Part shown: positions 1-10,210 of the stretch, in pieces
Numbering within the stretch: position 1 is the stretch's first letter
Layout: the number at the start of each line of letters is the position of its first letter
Virus record (IMG/VR): IMGVR_UViG_3300033049_000066
Span: 62,001 to 126,000 of that record
Direction: 5' to 3' (one strand)
Length of the DNA stretch: 64,000 bases
Position numbers and translations under genes: made by a program
The notes under the pieces: model-generated
Told to the model about the DNA's origin: nothing
Databases searched by the model: none
What the model saw: only the letters and a program-made list of their open reading frames with translations

Positions 1-121
1 AGCAATGAAAACCACATTAACTTCAAATGTGAAAACTCGTATTAAAGACAAAACGCCGACAGATCCCCGAGTTGAGAAGTTTGTTGAAGCAAACCTCGAA
101 GCCGCTGGGTCGGAAAAGTAG

Positions 122-442
122 ATGCTCGAAAACCTGGAGCCAGCGATCCGCAACGCCCTAATGTTAATATTATCGGCAATATACGAAAGTGGACTTGTTG
201 AGGAAGTTGACCTTAGGGACGTGGTCCGCCTCTTTGGTGTTACTGACACTGGAAATGTCACCTCGAGATTCTCATTTAATGAGAGTGACTGGCTTGAGGC
301 ATATCGTGACTTTAACGAGCATCGCAAACTAAATGATAGTCAGATTGCAAGCATTGATCTGAGTGCGCTTCAAGATGAACTTAACCAATTTGATTTTGTT
401 TCTGAGCTAGAGTTTTGGGAGCCAGAAGGTAAGTCAAACTAA
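122..442 (+). CDS. hypothetical acidic protein
   Basis: 106 aa ORF, start abuts upstream TAG; no recognised motif. Confidence 0.6.
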   Translation: MLENLEPAIRNALMLILSAIYESGLVEEVDLRDVVRLFGVTDTGNVTSRFSFNESDWLEAYRDFNEHRKLNDSQIASIDLSALQDELNQFDFVSELEFWEPEGKSN

Positions 443-477
443 AATAAAATCTACGCCGGTCGGCACAGACTAAATAT

Positions 478-753
478 ATGGAACGAATTAAGAACGCATT
501 AATCAGAAGTTGGCAACACGATCACATTTCGTTTATGTGTGAAATGGTCGGAACGTTGTTTACAATTGCTGGTTCATTGCTGTTGGCATTAACTGCCAAC
601 GATCCAAACATGCTAGTTATATTTCCACTTTATGAAGTTGGTTCTGTAGCTCTTATGTACGCTTATTATCGCAGGCAAATGGTTTGGTCAATAATGTTAA
701 CTGGCTACTTCGTAGTTATTAATATCGTTGGGTTTATTATTGCGCTGCCGTAG
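478..753 (+). CDS. small membrane protein (about 3 TM)
   Basis: three hydrophobic segments; CTAAATA late-type motif at 470-476. Confidence 0.65.
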   Translation: MERIKNALIRSWQHDHISFMCEMVGTLFTIAGSLLLALTANDPNMLVIFPLYEVGSVALMYAYYRRQMVWSIMLTGYFVVINIVGFIIALP

Positions 754-774
754 TAAGAAATAACCGAGAAAAAT

Positions 775-1068
775 ATGACCACAATCTACCCATTACACGA
801 TAACGTTATCGTTCGTCGTGCCGAAGAACAAACTGAAACAGCTGGCGGTATCATTTTGCCAGGTGACACTACTGAAGAAAAACCGGCCGAGGGCAAGGTA
901 ATCGCAGTAGGCAAAGGCAAAACATTATCTAACGGCGAAGTTGACGCACTTGACGTGAAAGTTGGCGACCGGATAATTTTTGGTCAAAAAGCTGGAGAAG
1001 ACATTACCATCAACAGTGAAGAATTCCTTGTAATTATTGAAGATGAGATCATTGCTATTCTTAGATAA
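775..1068 (+). CDS. groES: co-chaperonin GroES (canonical type)
   Basis: PLHDNVIVRR...TAGGIILP...GKVIAVGKG...VKVGDRIIFG; 97 aa. Confidence 0.95.
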   Translation: MTTIYPLHDNVIVRRAEEQTETAGGIILPGDTTEEKPAEGKVIAVGKGKTLSNGEVDALDVKVGDRIIFGQKAGEDITINSEEFLVIIEDEIIAILR

Positions 1069-1091
1069 TTACCGATAGCTAAGCCAATGTG

Positions 1092-1098
1092 ATAAATA
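1092..1098 (+). promoter_or_regulatory. T4-like late promoter motif (ATAAATA)
   Basis: intergenic, upstream of GAGGA RBS of a structural gene; motif recurs before late genes (4326, 10178, 11020, 16368, 25277, 27995, 29066, 34842, 36004, 54305). Confidence 0.65.
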
Positions 1099-1125
1099 TA
1101 CTGAACTAACAGAGGACAGTATATT

Positions 1126-1788
1126 ATGGCAAAACAAGAAATTAACATCGGCGCAGCAGCCAATGACGGAACAGGTGATCAACTCCGAACAGCATTCGAC
1201 AAGACAAATGACAATTTTGTTGAAGTTTATGGCGGCACCGCATCAATCGCACGTACAACAGTACCAGGCACACTTGTAGGCGCAGCTGGCGACATTGCTG
1301 GCATGATTGCCATTGACGCAACAAACATCTATGTATGTCACACAGATTATGATGGTTCAGCTACGATTTGGTCAACACTGACATTTGCTGAAGCGAATGA
1401 TTTAAGTGCAGCAGTTAACTGGATAGATGTGCCAGATGCAAATATTACAGAAACAGCCGTAGTTCAGCATCGAGCAGCAGTTCTAACAAAAGAAATAGTT
1501 GCTGAAGGATCAGCTGCTTATGCGCTAACACTATCAGACGCAGGCAAAATAATTCGCATGTCAAATGGCGGTGGTAATATTGTAACAATCCCAGCAAACG
1601 CGAGTGTCGCATTTCCAATTGGAACAGAAATTACAGTTATCCAAGAAGGTGCTGGAACAACTACAATTGCGATTACAACCGATACAGCAAACGCCAAGAA
1701 TTCACTAGCAATTTCACTTCAGTATGGTGTAGCAACATTAACTAAAGTTGATACGACTACATGGATAGTATCCGGCGACCTAACTTAA
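1126..1788 (+). CDS. virion structural protein (baseplate/short fibre-like)
   Basis: N-terminal INIGAAANDGTGDQLRTAFDKTNDNF motif typical of T4-like baseplate/fibre proteins. Confidence 0.75.
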   Translation: MAKQEINIGAAANDGTGDQLRTAFDKTNDNFVEVYGGTASIARTTVPGTLVGAAGDIAGMIAIDATNIYVCHTDYDGSATIWSTLTFAEANDLSAAVNWIDVPDANITETAVVQHRAAVLTKEIVAEGSAAYALTLSDAGKIIRMSNGGGNIVTIPANASVAFPIGTEITVIQEGAGTTTIAITTDTANAKNSLAISLQYGVATLTKVDTTTWIVSGDLT

Positions 1789-1794
1789 TAAGGT

Positions 1795-4326
1795 ATGGGA
1801 GTATTAGCCCCGGTATGGATTTCCGAGGCCGGCAGTCTAGGCGTCGCACCAGAAGGAAAGTTTTACAGGATTCGACTTGAAGCCGAAGATCCTGACTTTC
1901 CGGGCGACCTCACTAAGGTAACATACTCACTAATCGCAGGTGCACTTCCGTCAGGAGTGCAAGTAAACACAAACGGTCTCATTGAAGGAATTCCTACTTC
2001 GGTAGCGGATGTCAAGGGCGTACCGACAGAGGTTGCTGAGGACATAACATCAAAATTTGCAATTCGCATAACTGATGATGATGGCAACATAGCCGACCGA
2101 ACATTTGAGATAACAATCACCGGGCAGGATAAACCTACATGGGTAACGCCTGCTGGTTCCATTGGGAGCTGGTTTGATGGTGAAGAACTGTCATTCCAGT
2201 TTGATGCTGCTGACGCTGATCCAGGCGACGAACTTACAATCTCGCTTATAACAGGCTTGCTACCGGCCGGCCTATCATTATCATCTACTGGATTGCTAAC
2301 TGGGGTCGTTACTCCAATTCCGTCCGGGAGTCAATTATTTACATTCACGTTACAACTGTCTGATGGCAAAGATGTTGTACTGCAAGTATTTGAAATGCTG
2401 ATATATGCGCAGAATACGTTAACCGCTGACAGCAGCATGTTAACTGCGGATACTGATACAATCACAGCAGACATCATTGCGACACGACCACCGTATATCG
2501 CAAACCACGTCCCAGACTTAGGTACATTTCGCCACGACAATTACTTTTCTTATAAATTTGATGGCACCGATTTAAATGGTGATACGCTTCAATACGTGCT
2601 TACATCAGGGGTATTGCCGTATGGACTGTCGCTAGATATCAACACTGGCTGGCTGTCGGGAATCCTGCCCGACATCGCGTTAACTGAACAAGATTACACA
2701 TTTGGCGTAGAAGTGTATAAGCTGCTAGTGCCAACTGTTAAATCTACAGAATACATTACCACCATGCACCTCATTGGGAATATCGACACTGAGATTGTGT
2801 GGGTATCGGACCCAGCACTTGGCACAGTCGACAACGGAGCGATAAGCACGTTGTCGGTAGAAGCCACGCACGCCACAGCCGACTTATTTTACAGCCTCAA
2901 AGGCGGCACGATTATATACGCACCGATTATCCCAGTACCGGACGCATCGCAAGGCAGTACGTTTCAAACCGCCGCAACAACCCTGCTCACTGCTGATTCG
3001 CTCGAAACCGTAAATGTCGCGGACATCACAGCAGACAGCTCCATCACCGCAGACGCGGCGAATGTGTTAGTTGCGTACGAGGCCGGCCCGTACAATAAGC
3101 TACCACAAGGCCTAGCACTTTTGCCAAGCGGAAACATTGCTGGACGAGTTAGCTTTAAAACGTTTAGCTTTGATTCTTGTACGACAACATTTGATTCTGA
3201 ATTTGACACTAGTCTGAATGTAGATCCAACGACGTTTGATTTAACTTACAGATTCACAGTTGAAGCACATTCCCCAGCAGTCGAGCCATATTTGATTTCT
3301 GTCACGAGAGAGTTTACAATAATAGTAAACGCAGAATCGTGTAGTCCGCATAATGAATTGTACTGCCGAGCATTGCCTCCGAGAGAAGACAGACTGTTCC
3401 TTGAAACATTCCTTGCAGATGAAACTATTATTCCAACCGAGACGTTATACAGAAGTGACGACCCTTATTTTGCGTCTGCCGGTGAGGTAATTTACACTCA
3501 CGCCTATGGGCTAACGCCATCTCTTATTACTAATTATGTAGCGGCATTAGAATTAAATCACTATAATAAAAATTTAGTACTTGGTGAAATTAAAACAGCT
3601 AGGGCACTAGATGAAAATGAAAATGTAGTGTATGAAGTAGTGTACAGTCAGATTGTCGACACTTATGTTAATGCCGCCGGTATTAGCCCGCCACTAGCAA
3701 TCGATATCAACTACCCAGCAATTGACGATGGTACGTTAGTAACTACGGTTTATCCAAATAGCTTAGCAAATATGCGTACTCGAGTAATAGACGAAATTGG
3801 ACAAACTTCAAAGTTATTGCCGAGGTGGATGCTGTCTAAACAAGAAGACGGTAACATATTAGGGTTTACTCCTGCTTGGATTATTGCGTATGCACAGCCA
3901 GGACAGGCAAGTTTATTGCAATACAAAATTCAAGAATCTATCGGAACCAAACTTAATTTAATTGATTTTGAAATTGATAGATACACTATAGATTCCAGCC
4001 TGTCTCTGAATTGGCAATATTTCACAGCTGACATGGATGAGATTACAGCTGACAACACCGTGCAACTTAACGCGCCAGGTCGATGGTTACCGGGCATACA
4101 AACAACATTTGATAGAACACAATCGACTGCTGACGACACATTACTTACAGCTGATGATGATCGTTACACAGCTGATGAGTTTATATTTACTGTGATTAAC
4201 GAAACAATATTTGATGGCGGTTCGTGCCGCTTCGTTTCACCAAGTGACACATTACTTGATAACTCGGATCTTGGAGACAGGTACGTAATGTTTCCAAAGA
4301 AAACAATAGTAAACAACAAACAATAA
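1795..4326 (+). CDS. baseplate/tail structural protein with Ig-like (He_PIG-type) repeats
   Basis: repeated G-x-LP-x-GL-x-L-x3-G-x3-G Ig-like motifs; TAD-rich tracts; structural context. Confidence 0.75.
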   Translation: MGVLAPVWISEAGSLGVAPEGKFYRIRLEAEDPDFPGDLTKVTYSLIAGALPSGVQVNTNGLIEGIPTSVADVKGVPTEVAEDITSKFAIRITDDDGNIADRTFEITITGQDKPTWVTPAGSIGSWFDGEELSFQFDAADADPGDELTISLITGLLPAGLSLSSTGLLTGVVTPIPSGSQLFTFTLQLSDGKDVVLQVFEMLIYAQNTLTADSSMLTADTDTITADIIATRPPYIANHVPDLGTFRHDNYFSYKFDGTDLNGDTLQYVLTSGVLPYGLSLDINTGWLSGILPDIALTEQDYTFGVEVYKLLVPTVKSTEYITTMHLIGNIDTEIVWVSDPALGTVDNGAISTLSVEATHATADLFYSLKGGTIIYAPIIPVPDASQGSTFQTAATTLLTADSLETVNVADITADSSITADAANVLVAYEAGPYNKLPQGLALLPSGNIAGRVSFKTFSFDSCTTTFDSEFDTSLNVDPTTFDLTYRFTVEAHSPAVEPYLISVTREFTIIVNAESCSPHNELYCRALPPREDRLFLETFLADETIIPTETLYRSDDPYFASAGEVIYTHAYGLTPSLITNYVAALELNHYNKNLVLGEIKTARALDENENVVYEVVYSQIVDTYVNAAGISPPLAIDINYPAIDDGTLVTTVYPNSLANMRTRVIDEIGQTSKLLPRWMLSKQEDGNILGFTPAWIIAYAQPGQASLLQYKIQESIGTKLNLIDFEIDRYTIDSSLSLNWQYFTADMDEITADNTVQLNAPGRWLPGIQTTFDRTQSTADDTLLTADDDRYTADEFIFTVINETIFDGGSCRFVSPSDTLLDNSDLGDRYVMFPKKTIVNNKQ

Positions 4327-4354
4327 TAAATACAGCATAACAAGGAATTAACTA

Positions 4355-7300
4355 ATGGCATCAACAATTAATACATCAAACATTGATACAACATACCCGA
4401 TCGCTGGGCAAGACAACGACAGCCAGGGCTTTCGTGATAACTTCACGAATATTAACACTAATTTCGCATCTGCGAAGACTGAGATAGAAGACTTACAAGG
4501 TAAGGTCATTCTCAAGTCTGCACTGACCGGAACAACGTTAGATAATGACATGGCCGGCGCGCTAATAACAGCCGCGCAGATCCAGGGCTTCCGAGGCACA
4601 GTTAAAAACATCGCCTCAGTAGCAGCAGCCGCTGAAATCAACGTATCTGAAGGTCCGTATCAGCAAATCACGCCAACCGAAAGCACTACATTATCCTTTA
4701 CAAACTGGTCACCGAGCGGAACACATAGCGCGGTGCAAGTTGAAATTACAATAACTGACGTGTTGTTTACAGTTACCTTGCCAGGAACTGTAACCCTTGG
4801 CACAGATGGACTGCTGGGATTTGACGGCACTAAAATTACATTTGCGAGTCTCGGTACGTTTATCTTTGAATTCTCCACTGTAACTGCCGGTGGCACCATT
4901 GCAATAACTGACGTAACTAGAGGACGCTCACTCAACTTAGTCGACGATTTAACTCCCCAACTTGGCGGAAGCTTAGATGTTAACGGTAATTCAATTGTAT
5001 CAATTACTAATGGTGATATTATTATCGCGCCCGGTGGCACCGGTGACCTTATTCTTGATGGGCTTAGCTGGCCACAATCAGATGGCGGGATCGGCTATTT
5101 CTTACAAACTAATGGCTCGGGTCAACTTAGTTGGTCGGCATCCGCAGGAATCTCGAATATAATTGAAGATTCTAGTCCCCAGCTTGGTGGAACGTTAGAT
5201 GTTAACGGTAATTCAATTGTATCAATTACTAATGGTAATATTGCTATTACGCCAGATGGAATCGGCAGTATTGTTCTTGATGGACTTAACTGGCCACAAG
5301 CAGATGGAACAGCTTCTTATTTCTTACAAACAGATGGCTCGGGTCAACTTAGTTGGTCGGCCGCTGGTGGATTGCTAAATGTAGTTGAAGATTTAACACC
5401 TCAGCTTGGTGGAACGTTAGATGTTAACGGCTTTTCTATAATAACTACTGATGCAATCGAAGCCGCAGTTAGTCCGATCCTTATAACAGGCGGAAATGAA
5501 TCAGGCACCACCGGTCAATATGCAGGCCATGTAACATTGCAGGGTGGAAATGCCTCGCCCGGCACAGCCGGTAGCGTCAATCTATACGCTGGCAGCACCA
5601 CCAGCGGTTCATATTACGCCGGCAACGTTCGTGTATACGGGGGTGATGCGGCTAGTAACAAAGGTGGTGGCATCATTATAAAGAGCGGCGACGCCTTATC
5701 TGCTAATAGTAACTTCGACAGTGGCCTGATTTTTATAACCACACCTAGCCCAACTGCTGGCGGAAGCGGTGGTAACATTAATCTTACTACAGGCAATGGT
5801 AGCGGCCCATATGGCGACGGTGGCACCATTAATATCACAGCCGGTAACAGTGCCTTATATTTCGGCGGTGATGTTAACATCTCTGCTGGCTCTGGTGGCA
5901 CTGGGTACTTTGGAGGTCACGTTAACATCACCGCAGGTACCAGCAATGCCGGGTACGTAGGCGACATAGTATTAACTGCTGGCGCTGGTGGTGTAGCAGG
6001 TGAAGGTGCGGTAGAAATTAAAAATGCTAACTCTGCAATCTCAGGTCGAGTACACATTTACGAAAGTAGCGCAAATGGCACGAATAAAGTACAACTACTT
6101 GCCCCTGTCACATTAGCTGCCGACACGAATTTTGTATTCCCACCAACAGATGGTGCCAACGGTGAGGTACTGTCAACAGATGGTAGCGGTGTTACATCTT
6201 GGATTGCGGCCGGCGGGAGCAATAACTGGCTGACGGCAAACAATGGTTCAGATTTTTCAGTCGCACCGACTGCGGCGTTCCTTAATGCCATTACTATTGG
6301 CAATGGCGCATCTTCGGGATATAGAGATTCGATTGCCATCGGGACAAGCGCTAATGCATTAGGTAGAAGCGTATCAATTGGTGAGGGATCCAGTGGCACC
6401 GGATCGTATTGTGTGGCGATAGGTAAAGCAGCTCAAGCTAATTCGTCAACTACAACTGTAGTCGGGTATAACGCCGTTGCTAATGGGAATAGTGGTATAT
6501 CTTTAGGTCCAAATACTATCTCATCCGGTAGTAACTCTATTGTTATTGGTAATGGATCAAGTGCAGCACTTAATAATTCTATTGCTATTGGTAGCGATAC
6601 TGATGTTGTATTGGTGAATCAAACGGCAATTGGCTACCGGTGTGACGCAGGTGTAGTAACAACAGATGTTGCCTACTCAGTTAAGATTGGTGCAGGTAAT
6701 CCATTTGCGTCTACTGATAAAAACATGCTTCACTTATTCAGTAAGGGTAAACTTGAATTATATGGTGATGAAGCACAATATATATTACCTAATTATGCAA
6801 CTGGTTCAATTCCAGCTACTACCAATGAAGGTGGTGCTGTTTGGGATTCAACAACCAAAGAACTTAAGATATATAACGGAACTGCATTCACCGCTATCGG
6901 CGGTGGTGGAGCATCCAATAACTGGATAAGTGCGAACGTAGGCGTTGATTTTGCAACTGCGCCATCTTCTATTTCGACTAACTCAATTGTAATTGGTGAT
7001 AATGCCTTTGCTGGCAATGGTGTACTTGAAATCGAGGGTATTGCTATAGGTAAAGATGCAGGGGCTGGTCGTGCTTATAGTATCGCAATTGGATCAAATG
7101 CTGGACTGTTCACTGGCGCACCAACCACCAACTCAGCCAGTATCGCTATCGGGCAGAATGCACAAACTACCGGCGCATTTGATATTGTCGTTGGCCGAAA
7201 TTCTAGTTCAGAGGCAGGTAGCTCTAATGTAGCAATAGGTAACACCGCCCGAGCATACGGCACCGCCGTAGATAGTATTGTAATGGGGCGCGAATCGCTA

Positions 7301-7915
7301 AGTAACAAGTCAACACAAATTGCTATAGGTAGAGCTTGTAATGTAGCATCAGTTACAACAGATGTTGAATACTCAGTTAAGATTGGTGCAGGAACCCCAA
7401 CACTAGCTACTGATAAAAACATGCTTCACTTATTCAGTAAGGGCAAACTTGAATTATACGGAGATGAAGCACAATATATATTACCTGATTATGCAACTGG
7501 CAGCTTACCAGCAGGTGTTGAAGGCGGCATAGCTTATGACTCATCAACAAGTAGTGCGAAATTGTTTGATGGTACAAACTGGGGCGACATAGCCGGCAAT
7601 GATACTGCTGGCTCATATGGCACAACTGGGGCGATATCACTAAACACAGCAAATGATACTTACTTTTATCCAACTGCCACTACAACCGGCGTGATCACGT
7701 TTACATTTACTGGCGCGGCGATAAGTGGTAGAGTAACAACGTTTACTTTAGAAATGTTAGGTGCGGGCACCAATGCTCCGGTTTGGCCAGCAAGCGTTGA
7801 TTGGCCGGGTGGTACTGAACCAACTTGGACTGCGGGCGTTGACGTTGTAAGATTTACGACTAGAGATAACGGTACGACTTGGCTTGGTGTGCTTGACGGA
7901 ACAAATTTTTCATAA
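4355..7915 (+). CDS. tail fibre protein with YadA-head-like repeats
   Basis: YPIAGQDNDSQGFRDNF N-terminus, Gly-rich shaft, many SIAIG/SIVIG repeats; late motif at 4326. Confidence 0.85.
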   Translation: MASTINTSNIDTTYPIAGQDNDSQGFRDNFTNINTNFASAKTEIEDLQGKVILKSALTGTTLDNDMAGALITAAQIQGFRGTVKNIASVAAAAEINVSEGPYQQITPTESTTLSFTNWSPSGTHSAVQVEITITDVLFTVTLPGTVTLGTDGLLGFDGTKITFASLGTFIFEFSTVTAGGTIAITDVTRGRSLNLVDDLTPQLGGSLDVNGNSIVSITNGDIIIAPGGTGDLILDGLSWPQSDGGIGYFLQTNGSGQLSWSASAGISNIIEDSSPQLGGTLDVNGNSIVSITNGNIAITPDGIGSIVLDGLNWPQADGTASYFLQTDGSGQLSWSAAGGLLNVVEDLTPQLGGTLDVNGFSIITTDAIEAAVSPILITGGNESGTTGQYAGHVTLQGGNASPGTAGSVNLYAGSTTSGSYYAGNVRVYGGDAASNKGGGIIIKSGDALSANSNFDSGLIFITTPSPTAGGSGGNINLTTGNGSGPYGDGGTINITAGNSALYFGGDVNISAGSGGTGYFGGHVNITAGTSNAGYVGDIVLTAGAGGVAGEGAVEIKNANSAISGRVHIYESSANGTNKVQLLAPVTLAADTNFVFPPTDGANGEVLSTDGSGVTSWIAAGGSNNWLTANNGSDFSVAPTAAFLNAITIGNGASSGYRDSIAIGTSANALGRSVSIGEGSSGTGSYCVAIGKAAQANSSTTTVVGYNAVANGNSGISLGPNTISSGSNSIVIGNGSSAALNNSIAIGSDTDVVLVNQTAIGYRCDAGVVTTDVAYSVKIGAGNPFASTDKNMLHLFSKGKLELYGDEAQYILPNYATGSIPATTNEGGAVWDSTTKELKIYNGTAFTAIGGGGASNNWISANVGVDFATAPSSISTNSIVIGDNAFAGNGVLEIEGIAIGKDAGAGRAYSIAIGSNAGLFTGAPTTNSASIAIGQNAQTTGAFDIVVGRNSSSEAGSSNVAIGNTARAYGTAVDSIVMGRESLSNKSTQIAIGRACNVASVTTDVEYSVKIGAGTPTLATDKNMLHLFSKGKLELYGDEAQYILPDYATGSLPAGVEGGIAYDSSTSSAKLFDGTNWGDIAGNDTAGSYGTTGAISLNTANDTYFYPTATTTGVITFTFTGAAISGRVTTFTLEMLGAGTNAPVWPASVDWPGGTEPTWTAGVDVVRFTTRDNGTTWLGVLDGTNFS
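4945..5432 (+). repeat. 222-bp (74 aa) tandem repeat in tail fibre, about 2.2 copies
   Basis: gatgttaacgg at 4976, 5198 and 5420; PQLGGxLDVNG three times. Confidence 0.85.
6215..7600 (+). repeat. 696-bp (232 aa) tandem duplication in tail fibre
   Basis: aataactgg at 6221/6917; aacagatgttg...tactcagttaagattggtgcagg at 6661/7357; near-identical TDKNMLHLFSKGKLELYGDEAQYILP. Confidence 0.85.
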
Positions 7916-7939
7916 CGTAAACTAAGATCACCAAAATAC

Positions 7940-7968
7940 TTGCATTTGTATTCTAGGTAGTGTATAAT
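7940..7968 (+). promoter_or_regulatory. sigma70-like early promoter
   Basis: TTGCAT-N17-TATAAT. Confidence 0.7.
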
Positions 7969-7995
7969 ATAACTATTAACAAGCAGGTAACACTT

Positions 7996-8313
7996 ATGAG
8001 TCTAACATTAACAGAGAGTGCGGCTGAGCACATAAAAGCGTTCGGTGGCAAAGACAGAATTCGCCTCAGTGCGAAAACAGACGGGTGCGCAGGGTTAACT
8101 TATCATCTATCTATTATAAACCGGGTTGTCGAAGGCGATACCGTGTTTGAATCACGTGAGGTAGAGATTATTGTTGACGCTAAAAGCCTACCCTTCTTAG
8201 ACGGCACCGAAATTGATTATATAAGTGAAGGCGTCAATAAAATATTCGCATACAATAACCCACACGCCATCAACAATTGCGGTTGCGGCATGAGCTTTAC
8301 CACCGGAGAATAA
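7996..8313 (+). CDS. iscA: A-type Fe-S carrier (IscA/HesB family)
   Basis: LTESAAEHI, GCAGLTY, CGCGMSF motifs; start moved to ATG 7996 downstream of the promoter. Confidence 0.9.
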   Translation: MSLTLTESAAEHIKAFGGKDRIRLSAKTDGCAGLTYHLSIINRVVEGDTVFESREVEIIVDAKSLPFLDGTEIDYISEGVNKIFAYNNPHAINNCGCGMSFTTGE

Positions 8314-8315
8314 AA

Positions 8316-8723
8316 TTGGATTTAAATGATTACGAAATGTTCGTGCAGAGTAAATTATCTGAGCCGAGCAAAAATTTCGAGACAATGATAGAAAGTCTTA
8401 CAACCTTGCAGAGCACCGGCGACAAGCTAGGTGTAAAAATCCCCGAGTTGCTTACAGCAGCCGTAGGTCTCACCGCCGAAGCTGGCGAATTCGATGAGAT
8501 CGTTAAGAAATTAATATTCCAAGGAAAACCACTTGACATAGCAAATACAATTCACTTAAAAAAAGAACTAGGTGATATATTTTTCTATACGATGGTCGCC
8601 TGCATAGCACTTGGCATCACAGCCGACGAAGTCATTGAAATGAACAAGGATAAGCTATCTGAACGGTTCAAGGAAGGATTCACTGTAAACGAATCAGAAA
8701 ATCGCGCTAAGGGCGACATCTAG
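8316..8723 (+). CDS. mazG: MazG-like NTP pyrophosphohydrolase
   Basis: GLTAEAGEFDEIVKKLIFQGK...KKELGDIFFY; probable TTG start at 8316 after GGAG. Confidence 0.85.
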   Translation: MDLNDYEMFVQSKLSEPSKNFETMIESLTTLQSTGDKLGVKIPELLTAAVGLTAEAGEFDEIVKKLIFQGKPLDIANTIHLKKELGDIFFYTMVACIALGITADEVIEMNKDKLSERFKEGFTVNESENRAKGDI

Positions 8724-8736
8724 TATAATTACTAGT

Positions 8737-8976
8737 ATGGAACATCCAAATCTAGACGTAACGAAAATTAAATCTGATCTATCGCTTGAAGATATTCAGC
8801 AAAAAATCTTAGATCTTCGCCAGCGTATATCATTTGCGTACCAGATGAACAATCAGCCAATGCTACATCAACTTGAAATGATCCTTGCGGTTTACACACG
8901 TTCGCAAAATGAGATTCTTGAAGAAATGTACAAAAGTTCAGACCAAAACCTCGACGACCAAATTGATGTATCATAG
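8737..8976 (+). CDS. hypothetical helical protein
   Basis: 79 aa ORF in operon. Confidence 0.6.
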   Translation: MEHPNLDVTKIKSDLSLEDIQQKILDLRQRISFAYQMNNQPMLHQLEMILAVYTRSQNEILEEMYKSSDQNLDDQIDVS

Positions 8977-8985
8977 GAGAACTGC

Positions 8986-9660
8986 ATGGCGAGAATAAAA
9001 CATCATTATGAATTTATCTCAGGAATATCCATTGACGGCGAAGTATATTTTAACAAATACTCATTAATGATAGACTTGTATACACTTAGTGGAATCCCGG
9101 CTGATCAGAATGTAGCAATAGATCGCATGTCGTACTTTATACATAACACCGTCGCACGTAGTATTTTCATCAATGAGGCAGATACGAAAAACATAAAATT
9201 GTTAACGAAGGCTGGCCTGCCGGTGCTAACAGTACCCGAGCCGGGTGCGTTTGACCCAGTGGTACTGGCGGTAATTGTAACAAAACTGAACGCTATACTT
9301 GAAGATGTCCTCGTCATCACCACGGCAGAATTGATGAGTGAAATCAACGGTGCGATGACTCACGTCTGGGAGGTGATAGATCTCGAGGACGAAATTCACA
9401 GCATGGTGAATGGCGACGACGATACAAGATGGTGGTCATCCCCTGACCCACGCTTTGGTTCATACCCTGCCGGAATCGACGTAGATAAAATTGAGGAAAA
9501 GTCGCCATTTCCGTTGACATGGGAAATGCTCGACCTCGAGTGGGCTGGTGAATATGTAGACGAGACCGTGACGTACACTGCCGAGCCATCAACGAGCAAA
9601 TCAAGAAAAAAAGGCGTAATTATTAAAGCTAACTTTAACCGTGACACACCTAAGAAATGA
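8986..9660 (+). CDS. hypothetical protein
   Basis: 224 aa ORF, AGGAG RBS. Confidence 0.7.
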   Translation: MARIKHHYEFISGISIDGEVYFNKYSLMIDLYTLSGIPADQNVAIDRMSYFIHNTVARSIFINEADTKNIKLLTKAGLPVLTVPEPGAFDPVVLAVIVTKLNAILEDVLVITTAELMSEINGAMTHVWEVIDLEDEIHSMVNGDDDTRWWSSPDPRFGSYPAGIDVDKIEEKSPFPLTWEMLDLEWAGEYVDETVTYTAEPSTSKSRKKGVIIKANFNRDTPKK

Positions 9661-10181
9661 AAACAGATAAGTTCGGTCAGATGATTTATAACGAAGATGA
9701 TGTATTTAATATCTTAATGCACGATGTCAATCCAAATAATCCCAATCATCAACCTGGGCCATTTATAGTTGATGGAAAGCTTACCGTCGTAGAAAAAACA
9801 AATGAAATTGCTGGTTACAATGTGCTTATTGCGCAAGTAGTCGATGATTTGTCTATTGAAGAATTTGACGCGAAAAATCACAAGGAGTGGTTTATGCCGG
9901 ACAGCTACAAAGAAATGGATATAGCAAAGCACGTATTATCACTATGTAAAACAGAACACGAGCTGCAACGATGTGGACAAGAATTATTGATGTATATGGA
10001 AAGGGATCTTTTTGACCTCTTACGGTACATGGTCTACTTAGTAGATACAATGGAATTAAATAATGTAACATGGGGTATTGGGCGCGGGTCAAGTGTCAGT
10101 TCATATGTATTGTACTTATTAAAAGTACATCGCGTAGACAGTATATTTTATAAACTTGACCCTAGTGAATTCCTGCGCTAA
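9657..10181 (+). CDS. stand-alone fragment of DNA polymerase III alpha (DnaE) palm region
   Basis: GIGRGSSVSSYVLYLLKVHRVD matches the DnaE GxGRGSxxxSLVxYxLxIT-D motif; only 174 aa. Confidence 0.8.
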   Translation: MKTDKFGQMIYNEDDVFNILMHDVNPNNPNHQPGPFIVDGKLTVVEKTNEIAGYNVLIAQVVDDLSIEEFDAKNHKEWFMPDSYKEMDIAKHVLSLCKTEHELQRCGQELLMYMERDLFDLLRYMVYLVDTMELNNVTWGIGRGSSVSSYVLYLLKVHRVDSIFYKLDPSEFLR

Positions 10182-10210
10182 ATATATCTATATAACAAGA
10201 GGAAGAAAAC

